A stretch of DNA of 63,779 nt, the filler included, from Octopus bimaculoides (lineage: Eukaryota), in the NCBI RefSeq assembly GCF_001194135.2. It is 5 parts of 5 records of this genome, joined end to end, with 100 filler letters (N's around TTAATTAATTAA, not from the genome) between each part and the next. Parts side by side here need not be neighbours in the genome. Positions count along the whole stretch, not along the records: positions 11,908 to 30,782 come from NC_068982.1; positions 30,883 to 57,091 come from NC_068994.1; 3 more parts are not named here. One strand, 5' to 3'. The notes beneath the pieces were generated by a model that worked only from the letters and a program-made list of their open reading frames with translations, did not search any database and was not told the origin of the DNA. The position numbers and the translations under genes are program-made. Shown here in pieces: positions 22,358 to 35,750 of this stretch. Each line of letters begins with the position of its first letter. Position 1 is the stretch's first letter.

Positions 22358-24119
22358 CTCTCTCTCTCTCTCTCACTCTCTCTCTATATATATATATTTA
22401 CACACACACACGCGCCTACATACATATATGTAGATGAGTGAGCGCACTCGCGTGTATACGCATTCACCATGCATGTCACAGATACACGCATGCATGAACT
22501 ATTGTATACATTATGTAAACATGTTCGAGCATGATGCATATGGCCATGTAATATATGTATGAAATTGTGGATAATACAACGCCTTTTCTATTCAATGACT
22601 AAAATATTTGAATTTCGAATGCATTCTTAAGCTTCTTATAAATTAGTTGAATAACCTAATAATATTTTTAATTTGTAATTGTTATGAAAAAATAAATGTG
22701 TGATGGTGATGAATATCGTATAGTGAGGGCGGGGAGCAAAGATTATTTCTAAAACTACCCTTTGTGTTTTACAAATTAATTATTTAATGTTTGACGCAAG
22801 CATAAATGATTTGGCTATCTAGGGACAAAAATACCCACCCGTCTTTGAGAAATATGGAAGGTATTTAAAAAAAAAACAGACAAAGGTGGTGCTTCTAAAG
22901 ACGGTTAGTACTAATGATCTATACGGCTACTGTGTTTTGCATTCTTCAATAGTTTCGATTTCGATAAATCACGCGCACACACACACATACGTTGAAGTAT
23001 GTGAGTGGGAGCGACAGAAAAATCTATGTATACATATATCTTCTACTTGTCCAATCAAGACACTGAAAATAAACCTATACAGTAAACGTACACATACACA
23101 CACACACAACCACCCAGCCATGCATTCATACATACATACATACGAATTCACTTGTCTATCCATCCACCTGTACGTACAACTATCCATACGTACGTACATA
23201 CATGCAACGCACGCACACATCCCAATGATACATACATGCATACATATACACAGGCATCCATTTATCCGTACATATAAACACAATACATACATACATTCAT
23301 ATATACACATACACAGTCACAAACAAGACATGCATGCATACATACACATCCATCTATATATAAATTGCCCACATACACACACATACAAAAACAAAGTAAG
23401 ACTGAGATTTACATCTACAGTGAACATTATTTTATGTCAAAATCTAAATATTTGTATACATTATCCATTCTATGTTATTTTAAACAAATTTATTTCTTCA
23501 ATAAATTAAGTTACCAATATAATTCTATATATATTACACACAGAGAAAGACGGCGAGAATGTAGAAATAACACTGCTAAAAAATTATAATTCATATTCTC
23601 TAATTTTAACGGAATGGCACGTGAAAAAGCTAACATATACACATCTATATATTTGACTTTATTATATCATCGTTCCTAAGTGGAGTTATATTTCATCGAG
23701 ACTTTTGCTAAACGTGAGGAATATTCACGTTAAATAAGTGAATATTTTTTCTTGTATATATTATTTTTTACCGTTTATGTACCCCCCCCCTACACACAGT
23801 GTGGGAGATAGGGAGAAAGATTTATGTAAAAATATTCATGTCGAAAATCTTAGACATTGTTTAAGTATGCTTAATTCTTGACAACATACAAATATCTACA
23901 CTCTCACACACGTCATCAATATTATACGTGTACATCAGCTTGGTATGCATTCGATCTTGAAATAACCCTCTCCCAATACATAAAAGTATGTGTGTATGTA
24001 CTTAGGTATTATATATATGTGTGTATATATATATATATATGGATGAGCAAGCGATTTGACATTTTTATAAGTGGGAGGGAGAGAGGAGGAATACGTGATG
24101 CTGGAGTCCACAAACAAAG

Positions 24120-24290
24120 AAGTTGATAATGCTTTCAAATTTTGGCACATGGCCTGCAATTTTTAGGGGAGGGTAAGTCGATTGCATTGACCTCAGTACT
24201 TAACTGGTACTTATTTCATCGGCCTCGAAAGGATGAAAGGCAAAGTCGGCCTTGGCGGAATTTGAACTCAGAACGTAAAGACGGACAAAA
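24120..24290 (-). mobile_element. SINE family B copy
   Basis: GAAAGGATGAAAGGCAAAGTCGGCCTTGGCGGAATTTGAACTCAGAAC is the reverse complement of the 20790-20850 type sequence. Confidence 0.85.
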
Positions 24291-25026
24291 TAATTTATTT
24301 ATCCTTATACTTTGTACTTTCACTCTCAGTTTATATCCCGACGATGTAAACTTTATTTTTTCTTCATCTTTCGAGTGTTCTAAAATATTTGATAAATTTT
24401 TGCTCCATCCGCTTCAAAAAATAACATTCTGTTTTCTACAGAAGACATTTTCTGTTTTTGTTTTCCTTTGGAAATTTTTGCGGTACTTTTTCTATAAACA
24501 CCACACAGAAAATTCTCATCTATCTACCTGTCAAACTATCAGCCTACAAAGCTATATCCTTCATCTGATACACGCGCGCGCGCACACATATATTTTGTAA
24601 ATACATATACATATATGTACACACATTAATATATATTTTATATATAAAACCTCCATCTCAAATGCATATGCAACAAATATCTGTATGTATTATCAATAAA
24701 ACACTTCACATGCATATATTAAAACAAATCCGAGTGTAAGATGAAGCAAATTATTGTATAAGAACGATATTGATTTCCAATATAAATATCAATATCAATT
24801 CCTAGTTGACAGCTATGCTTATTTTTCTACAATTGGCATGTCAATGTAAAGGCTAAAACCAAGATCAAAACTGAGGTGGTAATCGTCTATCTAGGTAACT
24901 GCAGACTCAATCAATAAACAAATTTGTTTGGGCTTAATGACTAAGTATTTAATGACTTTCGACCAGGCGGAATATAATATATATGTGTGTATGTATGTAT
25001 GTATGTATGTATGTATGTATTATGTA

Positions 25027-25073
<47 letters not shown>

Positions 25074-25231
25074 GTGTGTAATATAACAAATTTAGTTCTA
25101 TGTAAAGGTTCAGATGGTACAAGTGTATGAGGTATTTATGATTGTGAATATACAAACACTATTGTAAACAGAGGGAAATTCAAATATATAGCTATCTATA
25201 ATATATATGTGTGTGTGTGTGAGAGAGAGAG

Positions 25232-25264
<33 letters not shown>

Positions 25265-25283
25265 GTATAAGAACACAAATGGA

Positions 25284-25612
25284 TTAAAGCTTCACTACAC
25301 CTGTTTCAGAAGCATTTTTTGTTCATTGATGAACAGTTTGACAGCATCATGAAAAAAACATTTTCTTTCAATGATTAAAAATTTGTTTCAGAGAGAAAAT
25401 ACCACAAGATGTGGATTGATCCTCACAGTTAGGCATCATTGAAGAGATTGACTCTCCTCAATGATGCCTAACAGTGAGGATCAATCCACATCATGTGGCA
25501 TTTTCTCTCTGAACCATATTTTTAATCATCAGAAGAAAACAGTTTTTTTATGATGTAGTCAAACTATTCCTCAATAAAAAATACTTCCGAAATGGCTGTA
25601 GTAAATCTTTAA
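25284..25612. repeat. Long imperfect inverted repeat (about 160-bp arms)
   Basis: Inner about 50 bp nearly perfect around a 15-nt loop. Outer arms more diverged. Confidence 0.85.
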
Positions 25613-25798
25613 CTAACCCATATTTGTTCTTATTTTATGCATACACCATTCCTGGAACCTTGTGTGTGTGCATGGCTATGTATTTGCATGCACTTGTATA
25701 TTTATATGTGTGCATGTACATATATATATAAATGTATGGATATGTTCATCTATGCACATGTATGAATGGATGTATTTGAATGTGGCATTTACACTTAC

Positions 25799-25894
25799 AT
25801 GTTGAACTCGATTCTTTCCTGGTGTCCTGAATGTTAAAATACCTTGATTAAAATGAATCCTACAATGAATGTGTAAAGAAGTGCTGGTCTCTAA
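25799..25894 (-). CDS. Candidate internal exon, unknown protein (LETSTSLHIHCRIHFNQGILTFRTPGKNRVQH)
   Basis: Acceptor TTTGTGGTTCCCTCCACAG|, donor |GTAAGT, 96 bp. Only phase 0-0 is open; non-repetitive sequence. Confidence 0.5.
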
Positions 25895-25924
25895 CTGTGG
25901 AGGGAACCACAAAGTTCAAACTAT

Positions 25925-26472
25925 GAATCTCACAAGCAATGGCTGGTGACCGAGACCTTTGGTGATGTGCTGTGCTTGAGAGAATACGTCAAGCCAACGG
26001 CACTCACGCTGGTGGCACATAAAGAACATCTTTTGAGCGTTGGACCTCATGGAGGCAAAATGGCTGCGTTCATTTCAAGTGCTGGGACTCATGGAGGCAA
26101 TGACCAAGATCTTTGGCATTGTGTTGTACTTGAGAAGAAAAGCCGACAAGCCAAGCACTTGGTTTCCCTTTGGCATTATGCTGTACTTGAGAAGAAGACC
26201 CCATCAAACCAAGCAAAATCACAGTTGTGACAGATACCAGTGCCACACAAATTGGCACCCGTGTTGGTGGCACGTAAATGCACCTCAGTGTCATGCAAAT
26301 AGTACCCGTACTGGTGGCATGCAAAAGCATCCATTACACTCTCAGAGTGGTTGGCATTAGGAAGGGCATCCAGCCACAGAAAACCATATCAAATCAGACT
26401 GGAGTTTGGTGCAGCCTTTTAGTGTGCCAGCCCAGTGAAACCGTCCAACCCATGCTAGCATGATGATGATGA
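25925..26472 (+). mobile_element. RTE LINE 3' end with internal tandem duplications and (GAT)n tail
   Basis: GACCGAGACCTTTGG..GCTGTGCTTGAG ORF end and tail match 7000-7592. Confidence 0.8.
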
Positions 26473-26498
26473 TATATATGGTGTGTATATATATATAT

Positions 26499-26535
<37 letters not shown>

Positions 26536-26879
26536 CATACATACATAAATTATATCATGGAAGACCCATTCATGCTATTCAATGACATTACAGCGAAAGT
26601 GTGTGAGCATTCCCATTGCAGCTGAAATGTGATTGAAAATGTCTGACTTCTAAGGAAATAAAGTTTAAATGAATTTAACAGCTTTGTGCCTTATTAGATG
26701 GCTCTTCTATGAAGTAATTGCTTCACTTTCAATACAGTCTCAAATAAAGTCACTAGTGAAAAAGTTAGAACTCCTTTGAATGTGTGTGTGTGTGTGTGTG
26801 CGCACATGTGTGTGTGTGTGTTTGTGTGAGTGAGAGAGATGAATTGATTACAAAGAGAATGATGTTTTCTTTGAAGAAG

Positions 26880-27225
26880 AATGACTCCACCTGTCATCTT
26901 CCTTGTGTGACACCTGCAGAAGTACTTAGTCAACAGTAAGCCTCTGTACCTGGCATTTGTAGAAGAAGGCCTTTGACCAGGTTTCACACTCAATGGTCTG
27001 GTGGGTGCTAATTTCAAGCTGGGTTCATCATGGTTCAGTCTCTAATATAAATCTGTTCATTATAGTCTTCCAGGCAATGACAGAAGAGTTTAAGACTGGC
27101 TACTAGATAGCTGAGTCTGTAAAAAGTTTAAAGAAGAAATTCCAGGCATGGAAGCAAAATTTAAAATGAAGACATTTCAAAGTAAACTCAGCAAATACAA
27201 AAGACCAAACCTCCTGTGCAAGCAT
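26880..27225 (+). mobile_element. RTE RT fragments with internal deletions
   Basis: IFLV*HLQKYLVNSKPLYLAFV; LQAMTEEFKTG..IAESVKSLKKKFQAWKQ (YADD deleted). Confidence 0.7.
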
Positions 27226-27625
27226 CGCAAAGAGAACATATTGAAGGTGGCTTAGATGTTTATATTGTATACTATCTATCCTCTCACCTGCCTCTTCATC
27301 CTTGTACTGTTCTTTTATTGACCCACCTCTTATGGCTTCTCCAATAATAAATTTTGGCCACCACATACAATGTGTGCGTATATGTTTGTGTGTATAAAAA
27401 TTGTCTCAACTTTTCATGTAAATAATTCCTTATGTTTGTTAACATTTACCTGTCTTTTTACTTCCATACTTGCTTGATTTTTACTATTCTTCTCACCAAC
27501 TTTTCAACCTTTAGACTACCCCACCCTGAAGAAGAAGTTGGAGTTTAAGATTCTAATCTTTCTGAGCATTACTTGATGTCTATCTATACCATACTTAAAT
27601 CAGCACTTTATCACCCATTGTTAAT

Positions 27626-27720
<95 letters not shown>

Positions 27721-27741
27721 CTCTCTCTCTCACACACACAC

Positions 27742-27781
<40 letters not shown>

Positions 27782-27886
27782 TCTCTCTCTCTCACACACA
27801 CATCAACAAAACTGGAGGGTTGCTTCTGCAACTATTTACTTAATTTCAGAACTAACTGACCATTTGTGTTGCCTTTATGTGCATAC

Positions 27887-27912
27887 TTTGTGATCTCTAT
27901 AATGATGGAGAC
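27887..27912 (-). CDS. Possible 26-bp exon (G-LHHYRDHK) bridging phase 1 to 0
   Basis: Acceptor AAACTTTTCTTCTGTAG|, donor |GTATGC. Phase fits both neighbouring candidates. An alternative donor exists. Confidence 0.2.
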
Positions 27913-28229
27913 CTACAGAAGAAAAGTTTAATTATATTACACAAATTCTTGTACAACTTTCTCTTTCAGAGTATAAAGAAACACATGAACTTCTCAATAC
28001 TGGTTATATGAATTGCACCTTAACTTGCACTGTACAAACATGTAATATAACATATACCATGTTTACTTGTGCATAACCCTAACCCTAACCCTAATTTAGT
28101 GCTAAATCTTGGTACAAAATTTTCCCCCTTCATAGTTTTAGTTTTGCCCCATGTATAAGATTCCAGTTTTCATTTAAAATCAAATATAGAATAGTGTGAC
28201 TTATACATGAGTAAATATGATAAATATAT

Positions 28230-28870
28230 ATATGTATATTATACTGTCAGGGTTTGGAGAAAGAAGCAGTCCTTCTATACTGGTGAGATTAATACCATTA
28301 AGGTTCCATTTGAATTTTTGGAAGTCAATACCTGTGGGAAAGGTATAAGTATGGGAATTCCAGAAAGAAAGACTGGGTGTAGGGATTTGTGTAGGACTTG
28401 GTGAAATTGGACACAAAATAGTGATGAGAAGAGATGAGTGGGATAGGAATGCTTAAATGTGGGTGGTATGAACCTGGCCAGATTTGAGGAGCAGAGGTCA
28501 TTATAGTAGCAGTAGAAAAGACAAAGAGAGGAGACAGAAAGTCTGGACCAGAGACTGGAGTAGATCTGAGAGTGACCTTATGCTGAATGGTCTTTTTCTG
28601 GATGTGGTCTAGGATGTCTGTGTGTGCAACAGCAGCACTACCTCAGATGAGAGAGAAATACTCCACTGTGTGTCTCATGTAAGCTTTTTAAAGCATCGAA
28701 ATTGTTTGTAACTGAAGAATCTTCTGGTTCAGAAGAGAAGGGCCAGTTACTGAGTTGTAGTTCTAGTTATGATAAGGATGTGCCTTTGTCTGGAGAGATC
28801 TTTAACAAAGGTAACACCCAAGAATTGGAGCAATTTTGAGGGCTGCAGTTGAGCATTGCTTATGATTAAA
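28230..28870 (-). mobile_element. CR1/L2-group LINE, RT C-terminal relic
   Basis: LQFLGVTFVKDLS..KAYMRHTVEY..ILDHIQKK..WNS..DFQKFKWNL. Confidence 0.75.
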
Positions 28871-28939
28871 GGAAATGTGATGCAATAATGTTTTTTTGAT
28901 ATGAACAATGTTTATGTTTTTTTGTTGAAAGAGAAAAGA

Positions 28940-30100
28940 TGTCATCTTCATCATTTTGCATTTCGCCTTCTGAACTGATGTAATTTAGATGGGTTGTCAC
29001 AGTTTGAGTCACTTCTTTTTTTGAGGTTGCTAGTGGGTTTGAGAACTAGGTTTCACTTGTATGTTCCAAGGTTTCTACAACTGGATAGCCTTTCTAACAT
29101 CAATCACTTTAAGAGTGTAGTGGGTGCATTTTATATGACAGCACAAGGGGGGGGGGTGATGCAGTTTGCAAAATAAAGAACCCTCTGGACTCTATGTTGC
29201 ATCAAGACTTAAGACTAAAACATATTCACTACTCTATGGGGTTGCTGTTGAAGACAACATAACCAAGACAGAGAATAGGGGAGAGAGAGAGATAAGACAA
29301 AAGAACCAGAGTAAGAGGGTAAAGGAAGAGAGAAAAAGAGTGAAGTGGGAACGTGATAAAGGTGAGAGCAACAGAAGAGAGACAGTGATGGCACTTTCAT
29401 GTTTACTGAATAGTAATAAAGCTGGAAGATTGTAAGAGAAAAAATGAAATGTTGATAAGGAGTGATCTGGAGGAAAGGGAATGATGGCTAGCTGTATAGA
29501 AGGTTGTTGGTAGGGTATATCATACCCAATGCAGTCTTTCATTACACAGGCTTGGCAATGGGAGTGAGGAGAGTCAGATCTCATGCAGTCCCTTGTTAGG
29601 GGAGGGATTGGGTTCTAGATGAGAAGGTATTGAAAAAAAGGGTAGCAGTAGATAGAAACTTAACAAGAATGTAATGGGTGAGAACCAAAACGTAGACAAG
29701 CATCCCACCTCCATTACTACCAGGATTTGTTTCATCATGCTGGCATAGGTGTGTAGATTTTCTTCGGTACCACATATTGTCAATTGTCACAGTCCTTTGT
29801 TCTTCTCCTTCAAGAGCTTCAGCTTGTTGACGTCAGTTTTCACTTTGTCCCTTGTCTTTCTAGGTCTTCTTTCACAAGTTCTATCTATTTTGAACATTTG
29901 GCAGTTCATTACATGGTTGTCATCCTCTATTTGCAGTACCACATCCCTGTAGCAATGTGTGGTTCTCTCTTGCATACTTTATCGGATCTCTCTTATATCC
30001 AGTTTACTCACAGCTCATTTGCACTCCATCATTCATGCACAGTAACATTACACATTCAGCAGAGCATGCTTGTTTCATTTTTTCCTTGGTATATACAGAA
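28940..30100 (-). mobile_element. Old RTE LINE 3' portion
   Basis: QERTTHCYRDVVLQIEDDNHVMNC...RPRKTRDKVKTD plus a decayed tail. Confidence 0.72.
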
Positions 30101-31352
30101 CTTTTGATTTCATACATGATCAAATTTACACCTGCTTGTAAACAAGCTTACATAAATGTTAGTTATTTGCATACACACATTCAAACACCAAAAGTTTATA
30201 AGGATCTTTGTGGTTTTCATCACTGTTTACAGTTTTGTTTCAATTGTTTTCAAATTTGGTATATGGATTAAGTTTTGTATACTAATTATGAAAATGAATC
30301 CATAATTAAAAAGTTATTAGCCATTAAAATTTGCAAAATTTAGGTATTTTAGCCAATCAGAAACAAGTATTTTACACAACACTGGCAAAAACCTCTGTTT
30401 CCATAGTAACCAAAGATGCTGCACATGCACACAAGGAGGAGAAGGAGTTACCCCCTTTTTTTTCTCCGTCACAACATACGAATTAGAAAGGAGGGGGTGA
30501 TAGATGAATGAGAAACGAAGGAGTGACAGATGAATAAGAAAGGAAGGGGTAGTGGCAAATTGGTAGTGGGAGCGTTTCAACTCTGTGTGAGTATATGTGT
30601 GTGTATGTAAAAGGGAGGTATGTGAATGTTTGTGTGTGTGTGTGTGTAATAGAAGTGGGAAAGTGGGAGGTGAACATTCAACTCTGTGAGTATAGTTGTG
30701 TATTTGTGTGCTTGTACGAAAGAACTAGCATTATTTTGACATGCCGCTTCCCCACCACCACCCTACATGTATATATACATACNNNNNNNNNNNNNNNNNN
30801 NNNNNNNNNNNNNNNNNNNNNNNNNNTTAATTAATTAANNNNNNNNNNNNNNNNNNNNNNNNNNNNNNNNNNNNNNNNNNNNTATATATATATATATTAG
30901 AATAAGAATATGCATATGTATATGTATATGAATATGTATAAGCATATATATGTTCAAATATATACATTTATCTGACTGCATATGTATGTGATTGAAAAAA
31001 TGTGTGGATGCATTTATGGCCATACATACATACAATTATACATAAACATTCATACATATAGGTGTGTAGTTCTGCATCTGTGTTTGTGTGAAATTGATTT
31101 TGTCTGCTGATTTTGTCTCACACATCCTGACAAATACTGTGTGTGGAATTTAATTTTTATGTAACAGATATTGCAAAATAACAGTAGCTGTAGTAGTAAT
31201 AATAATAATGGTAGTAGTAATAATAATAATGATAATGATGATGATGATGAGGAGGAGGAGGAGGAGGAGGAGGAGGATAAGGACGAAAAAAGAAAAAGGA
31301 GGAAGAGGCGTTAGTCGGTGTTAAAGACAATGGTGATGATGATGATAACTAG

Positions 31353-31387
<35 letters not shown>

Positions 31388-31523
31388 TATTTCTACTATA
31401 GACAGTAAAATATTTTGCCCTTTCTAATTTAAGAACCATACACATATTTATACATATGTATATGTATGTCTAAAGCAATTTCGGTTATCTCTCTCTCTCT
31501 CTGTCTCTTTGTCTCTCTCTCTG

Positions 31524-31574
<51 letters not shown>

Positions 31575-32177
31575 GGAACTATGGTATCCAGAATGGTTAT
31601 AGATAAATTACAAACTGTTGATAACAGTAAAGTTTCTATGACTATAATATTGCTAGTGTTAGGACATATATTGGGTACTGTTTAATTTGGCAGAAGGGTA
31701 AAATTATAATTAATTATAATTAGATGAAAAGTGCTAATTATAAAATTAAACTTTGTTGGATAATCACCATGTAAATAGGCTATTGAAGAAAAGTAACATT
31801 AGTATGTTATTACAAAATATAAAGTTAGTTAACATGTAGAAAAAAGTTGAGATAATTTTTTTTACATAGAGAATAAAGATATCAAAGCAATTAATCAGTT
31901 TGCTAAGAAAAAGCTTTAAAATCTTTATTTAGAAGCATAAAGCAATTATTGGTATTGTGGTAAAATTTGGATAAGTTTGGTCTAGTCTGAGACTAGAAAA
32001 CAAGATTGTCTACACACAAACAAGGTACATTTTAATACTTGGGATAATGATCTATTTACAAACTTTTTACAGAGAGATGAAGATTATCAAAAAGTAAAAA
32101 AAATGCCATTTGACTTTTAGGTTTGTAAACCCATAAAAATAGTGATATCTTGTTGTAAACCAGAAGGGTGTATGTAT

Positions 32178-32395
32178 ATCAGGGATTTTCAATGGGAGTC
32201 CATATAGTCCTTTCGGGCCCATATAAGATTTTGTTCTTTAAATTTGAGAGCAATACACAAAATACTTTAACAGTGTCTTTATACAATTCCTATTGATTCT
32301 TAATCATAAAAACATGATAAGATTTTTTAAACATCAAACAGCTAACAGGGTCTGTCAAAGGGACACATAGGTCAAAAATAGTTGAGAACCACTGG
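32178..32395. mobile_element. hAT (Charlie-type) MITE
   Basis: Ends CAGGGATTTTCAA and TTGAGAACCACTG. No clear TSD. Confidence 0.55.
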
Positions 32396-33495
32396 TTAGT
32401 ATATATATATATATATATAATTGAGATATCATTTATACAATTTCTAATAGATACTAAGAGTAAACAAAATGTAAGTTCTGTAAGTAATATGAAAACTACT
32501 TGATACTGCCACAGCCCTAAAATGTTGAATAAAACAGCAATATTTATAAATATATAACAAAGATAGTAGCAAGTGACATAAAACTTCAAGTACAGAAAAA
32601 AAGTTTTATCAAATTATCTGCCTTCTTTAAGCTAGATCTGATATTAATTACTTCTTAAGGATAATATGATTTTTTTTAGAATATGATTATTGAAAATAAA
32701 ATAAAAACCACTCAAAAATAGATATAAATAAAATAAAACAGTTCTAAAGTTAGAGAAAGCAGATTACATGAAACCTTAACTTGTTCTTCTATATGTGAAG
32801 TGAAGCTAAAGGATGTTGATTGTAGAGATAATCAAATAAAAAGTCCCTAATTTTGAAGTGAAAGTTTCATACAGTAGAAACTGCAACTTTTATGTATTAA
32901 GATGGACTTCAAAGCTTTATACAGTTTTAAAACAAAAACAAAAAATGCATATGAACATATTGGCAGAGAATACACACACACACACACACACACACATGTG
33001 CATGCATGCATGCATGAACACACACACGCAAACATGCATATGCATGCACACTTATAAGTCGTTTTTATGTTTCAGAAGTTTTTCTTCAAAATCTAATTCA
33101 ACAGAGTTAACTGTTTGATAATTATGTCTAGTAACATAGAAAGATCTTTTTTTTTTATGTCTATAACTTTGCAGCATACATAAGTAAAATGCTTGATGAA
33201 ATCAAATTCATTTCAATCCTCTATCAAATAATTCAAACTTAATGGAGAGTAAANNNNNNNNNNNNNNNNNNNNNNNNNNNNNNNNNNNNNNNNNNNNNNN
33301 NNNNNNNNNNNNNNNNNNNNNNNNNNNNNNNNNNNNNNNNNNNNNNNNNNNNNNNNNNNNNNNNNNNNNNNNNNNNNNNNNNNNNNNNNNNNNNNNNNNN
33401 NNNNNNNNNNNNNNNNNNNNNNNNNNNNNNNNNNNNNNNNNNNNNNNNNNNNNNNNNNNNNNNNNNNNNNNNNNNNNNNNNNNNNNNNNNNNNNN

Positions 33496-33540
<45 letters not shown>

Positions 33541-33875
33541 CAAGAGACAAAGAGATGAAGAGAGAAATATACTATTCCTGATTTCAGGATTGAAAAACTA
33601 AATATGTAGGAATAAATAACAGTATTGTATAAGACATAAAAAATTTCAAAGAAATTCCAAAATTTAGTTTTACTACTTTTCTATACATCAACAAATATCA
33701 ATATTACAATGTGATAGAATACTGTTATTGCCTCCAAATCACAAAATATTTTATGACAATACAATATCTATATTGTTTGCTACTTCTCAATATTCTGATA
33801 TCAATTATTTTTTTAATATCCTTAACTTGAAAAGTAATAGCAAATAACAAACAAACTATAAAGAAAGATATTTAC

Positions 33876-33978
33876 CAGCGATGCCCAATCTTTGCTTCTG
33901 TATCATTTCAGATGTGTATCCTGCTGTAGAGTTGTAAGGTAACTGCTGCTGCTCTGTGCTGGCAGGTTTATGTAGCAT
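33876..33978 (-). CDS. Candidate first or internal coding exon (MLHKPASTEQQQLPYNSTAGYTSEMIQKQRLGIA-G)
   Basis: Open frame from ATG to donor G|GTAAAT. CT-rich upstream sequence, with CCAAT motifs near 34194-34204. Confidence 0.5.
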
Positions 33979-34408
33979 GATCTGTTGTTGGTTGAGGAGT
34001 AGGAATGGTTGAGTAAGTGAGAGAGAGAGAGAGAGAGAGTGAAGGAGAAACTGAGAGTGACAGAGTAAGACAGACAGATACAGAACGACACAGAGGATGA
34101 GGGAACTGTGATATGAAAGAATGAAAGAGAGAGTTTGGTAGTTTCACTGAGTGAGAAGTGTATGTCTGTCTATATTAACTGCTGCAGCCCAATGATTGGC
34201 AGGTTATGGTTCCCATTGAAGGGAGACAGAATAACTATCATAGACTTTACTTTGCGCACAAGTTGATTTAGCAGAGAAACTTATATGTACATTCATACAT
34301 ACATACACATACATACATATAACATGCATGTATAAGTATATAAATATTTACACACACACACATACGCACACAAACACACAAATACACACATGCATATATG
34401 TATGTATG

Positions 34409-34463
<55 letters not shown>

Positions 34464-34499
34464 TTTAAATACATAGATACAACAAAATCTGTGTTTACC

Positions 34500-34534
<35 letters not shown>

Positions 34535-34708
34535 ATCCATGTGTCTATATATATGTAAATATATATAAGGATATGATTATGTATGTATATATGCGTATCT
34601 ACTTCTGTCTGTCTGTCTCTCTCTCTCACACACACTCTCTCTCTCACACACACTCTCTCTCTCTCTCTCTCTCTGTATGTATATATATATATATATATAC
34701 AAACACAC

Positions 34709-34927
34709 ATGAAGGTATGCTGAAAACTTCCTCACTTTGGGTAAACGAAAATACAGGAGGATCAGTTAATTATGATTTTAATCAACATATTCCCTTCTCA
34801 GATTTACACACTTATTGCAGGGGACCATCAGCTTTTCTAAGCCCTGTAAAAGAACTTGGAAGGTTGGGCCTCCAGCCAGGCCTTTCACGATACCCTTAAA
34901 GCCAGGAACTTTTCTGCACCCCATCAT
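34709..34927. mobile_element. mariner-derived MITE
   Basis: Inverted ends GGTATGCTGAAAACTTCC and GGAACTTTTCTGCACCCC. Left end is shared with 4880-4940. Confidence 0.75.
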
Positions 34928-34950
34928 GTTTGTGTGTGTTTATATATATG

Positions 34951-35018
<68 letters not shown>

Positions 35019-35394
35019 TATATTATNNNNNNNNNNNNNNNNNNNNNNNNNNNNNNNNNNNNNNNNNNNNNNNNNNNNNNNNNNNNNNNNNNNNNNNNNN
35101 NNNNNNNNNNNNNNNNNNNNNNNNNNNNNNNNNNNNNNNNNNNNNNNNNNNNNNNNNNNNNNNNNNNNNNNNNNNNNNNNNNNNNNNNNNNNNNNNNNNN
35201 NNNNNNNNNNNNNNNNNNNNNNNNNTATATATATATATATATATGTATGCATACATGTCCCCGTATGTTTCATGCAACTCTTGGATTGTGGAGCCATCTG
35301 CGGTTCAAACACCCAGGAAAATGAACTGGATTGCAAGCTCGGAAACACGAGACGCACCCAACTACTATATATATATATATGCACACACACACAT

Positions 35395-35429
<35 letters not shown>

Positions 35430-35466
35430 CACACACATACATATATATACATGTATATATACACAC

Positions 35467-35501
<35 letters not shown>

Positions 35502-35581
35502 TATAAGTGCTTATACATGTAATATATGCATATATCTCTATCTCTATCTATCTATCTATCTATTAATCTATATGCTTATAT

Positions 35582-35750
35582 AGGCAGAAGTGAAGTTGGA
35601 GTGTTTAAACGCTTGCTTCCTGACCATGTGATCTCTAGTTCAATACCACTGTAGGATAACTTGGACAAATGTTTTCTACTGTAGCTTTGGGTTAATAAAA
35701 GCCTTGTGAGTTAATTTGGCAGACAGAAACTGAAAGAAGCTTGTTGTATA
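35582..35750 (+). mobile_element. SINE family A, decayed
   Basis: Similar to 5812-5977. Confidence 0.7.

Noticed and set aside
25490-25536. CTGATGA...GAAA on the minus strand of the long hairpin
   Set aside because: No stem II can form.
28716-28756. CTGAAGA + perfect 7-bp stem + GAAG hammerhead mimic
   Set aside because: It lies antisense within recognisable CR1/L2 coding sequence, and three core positions are wrong.
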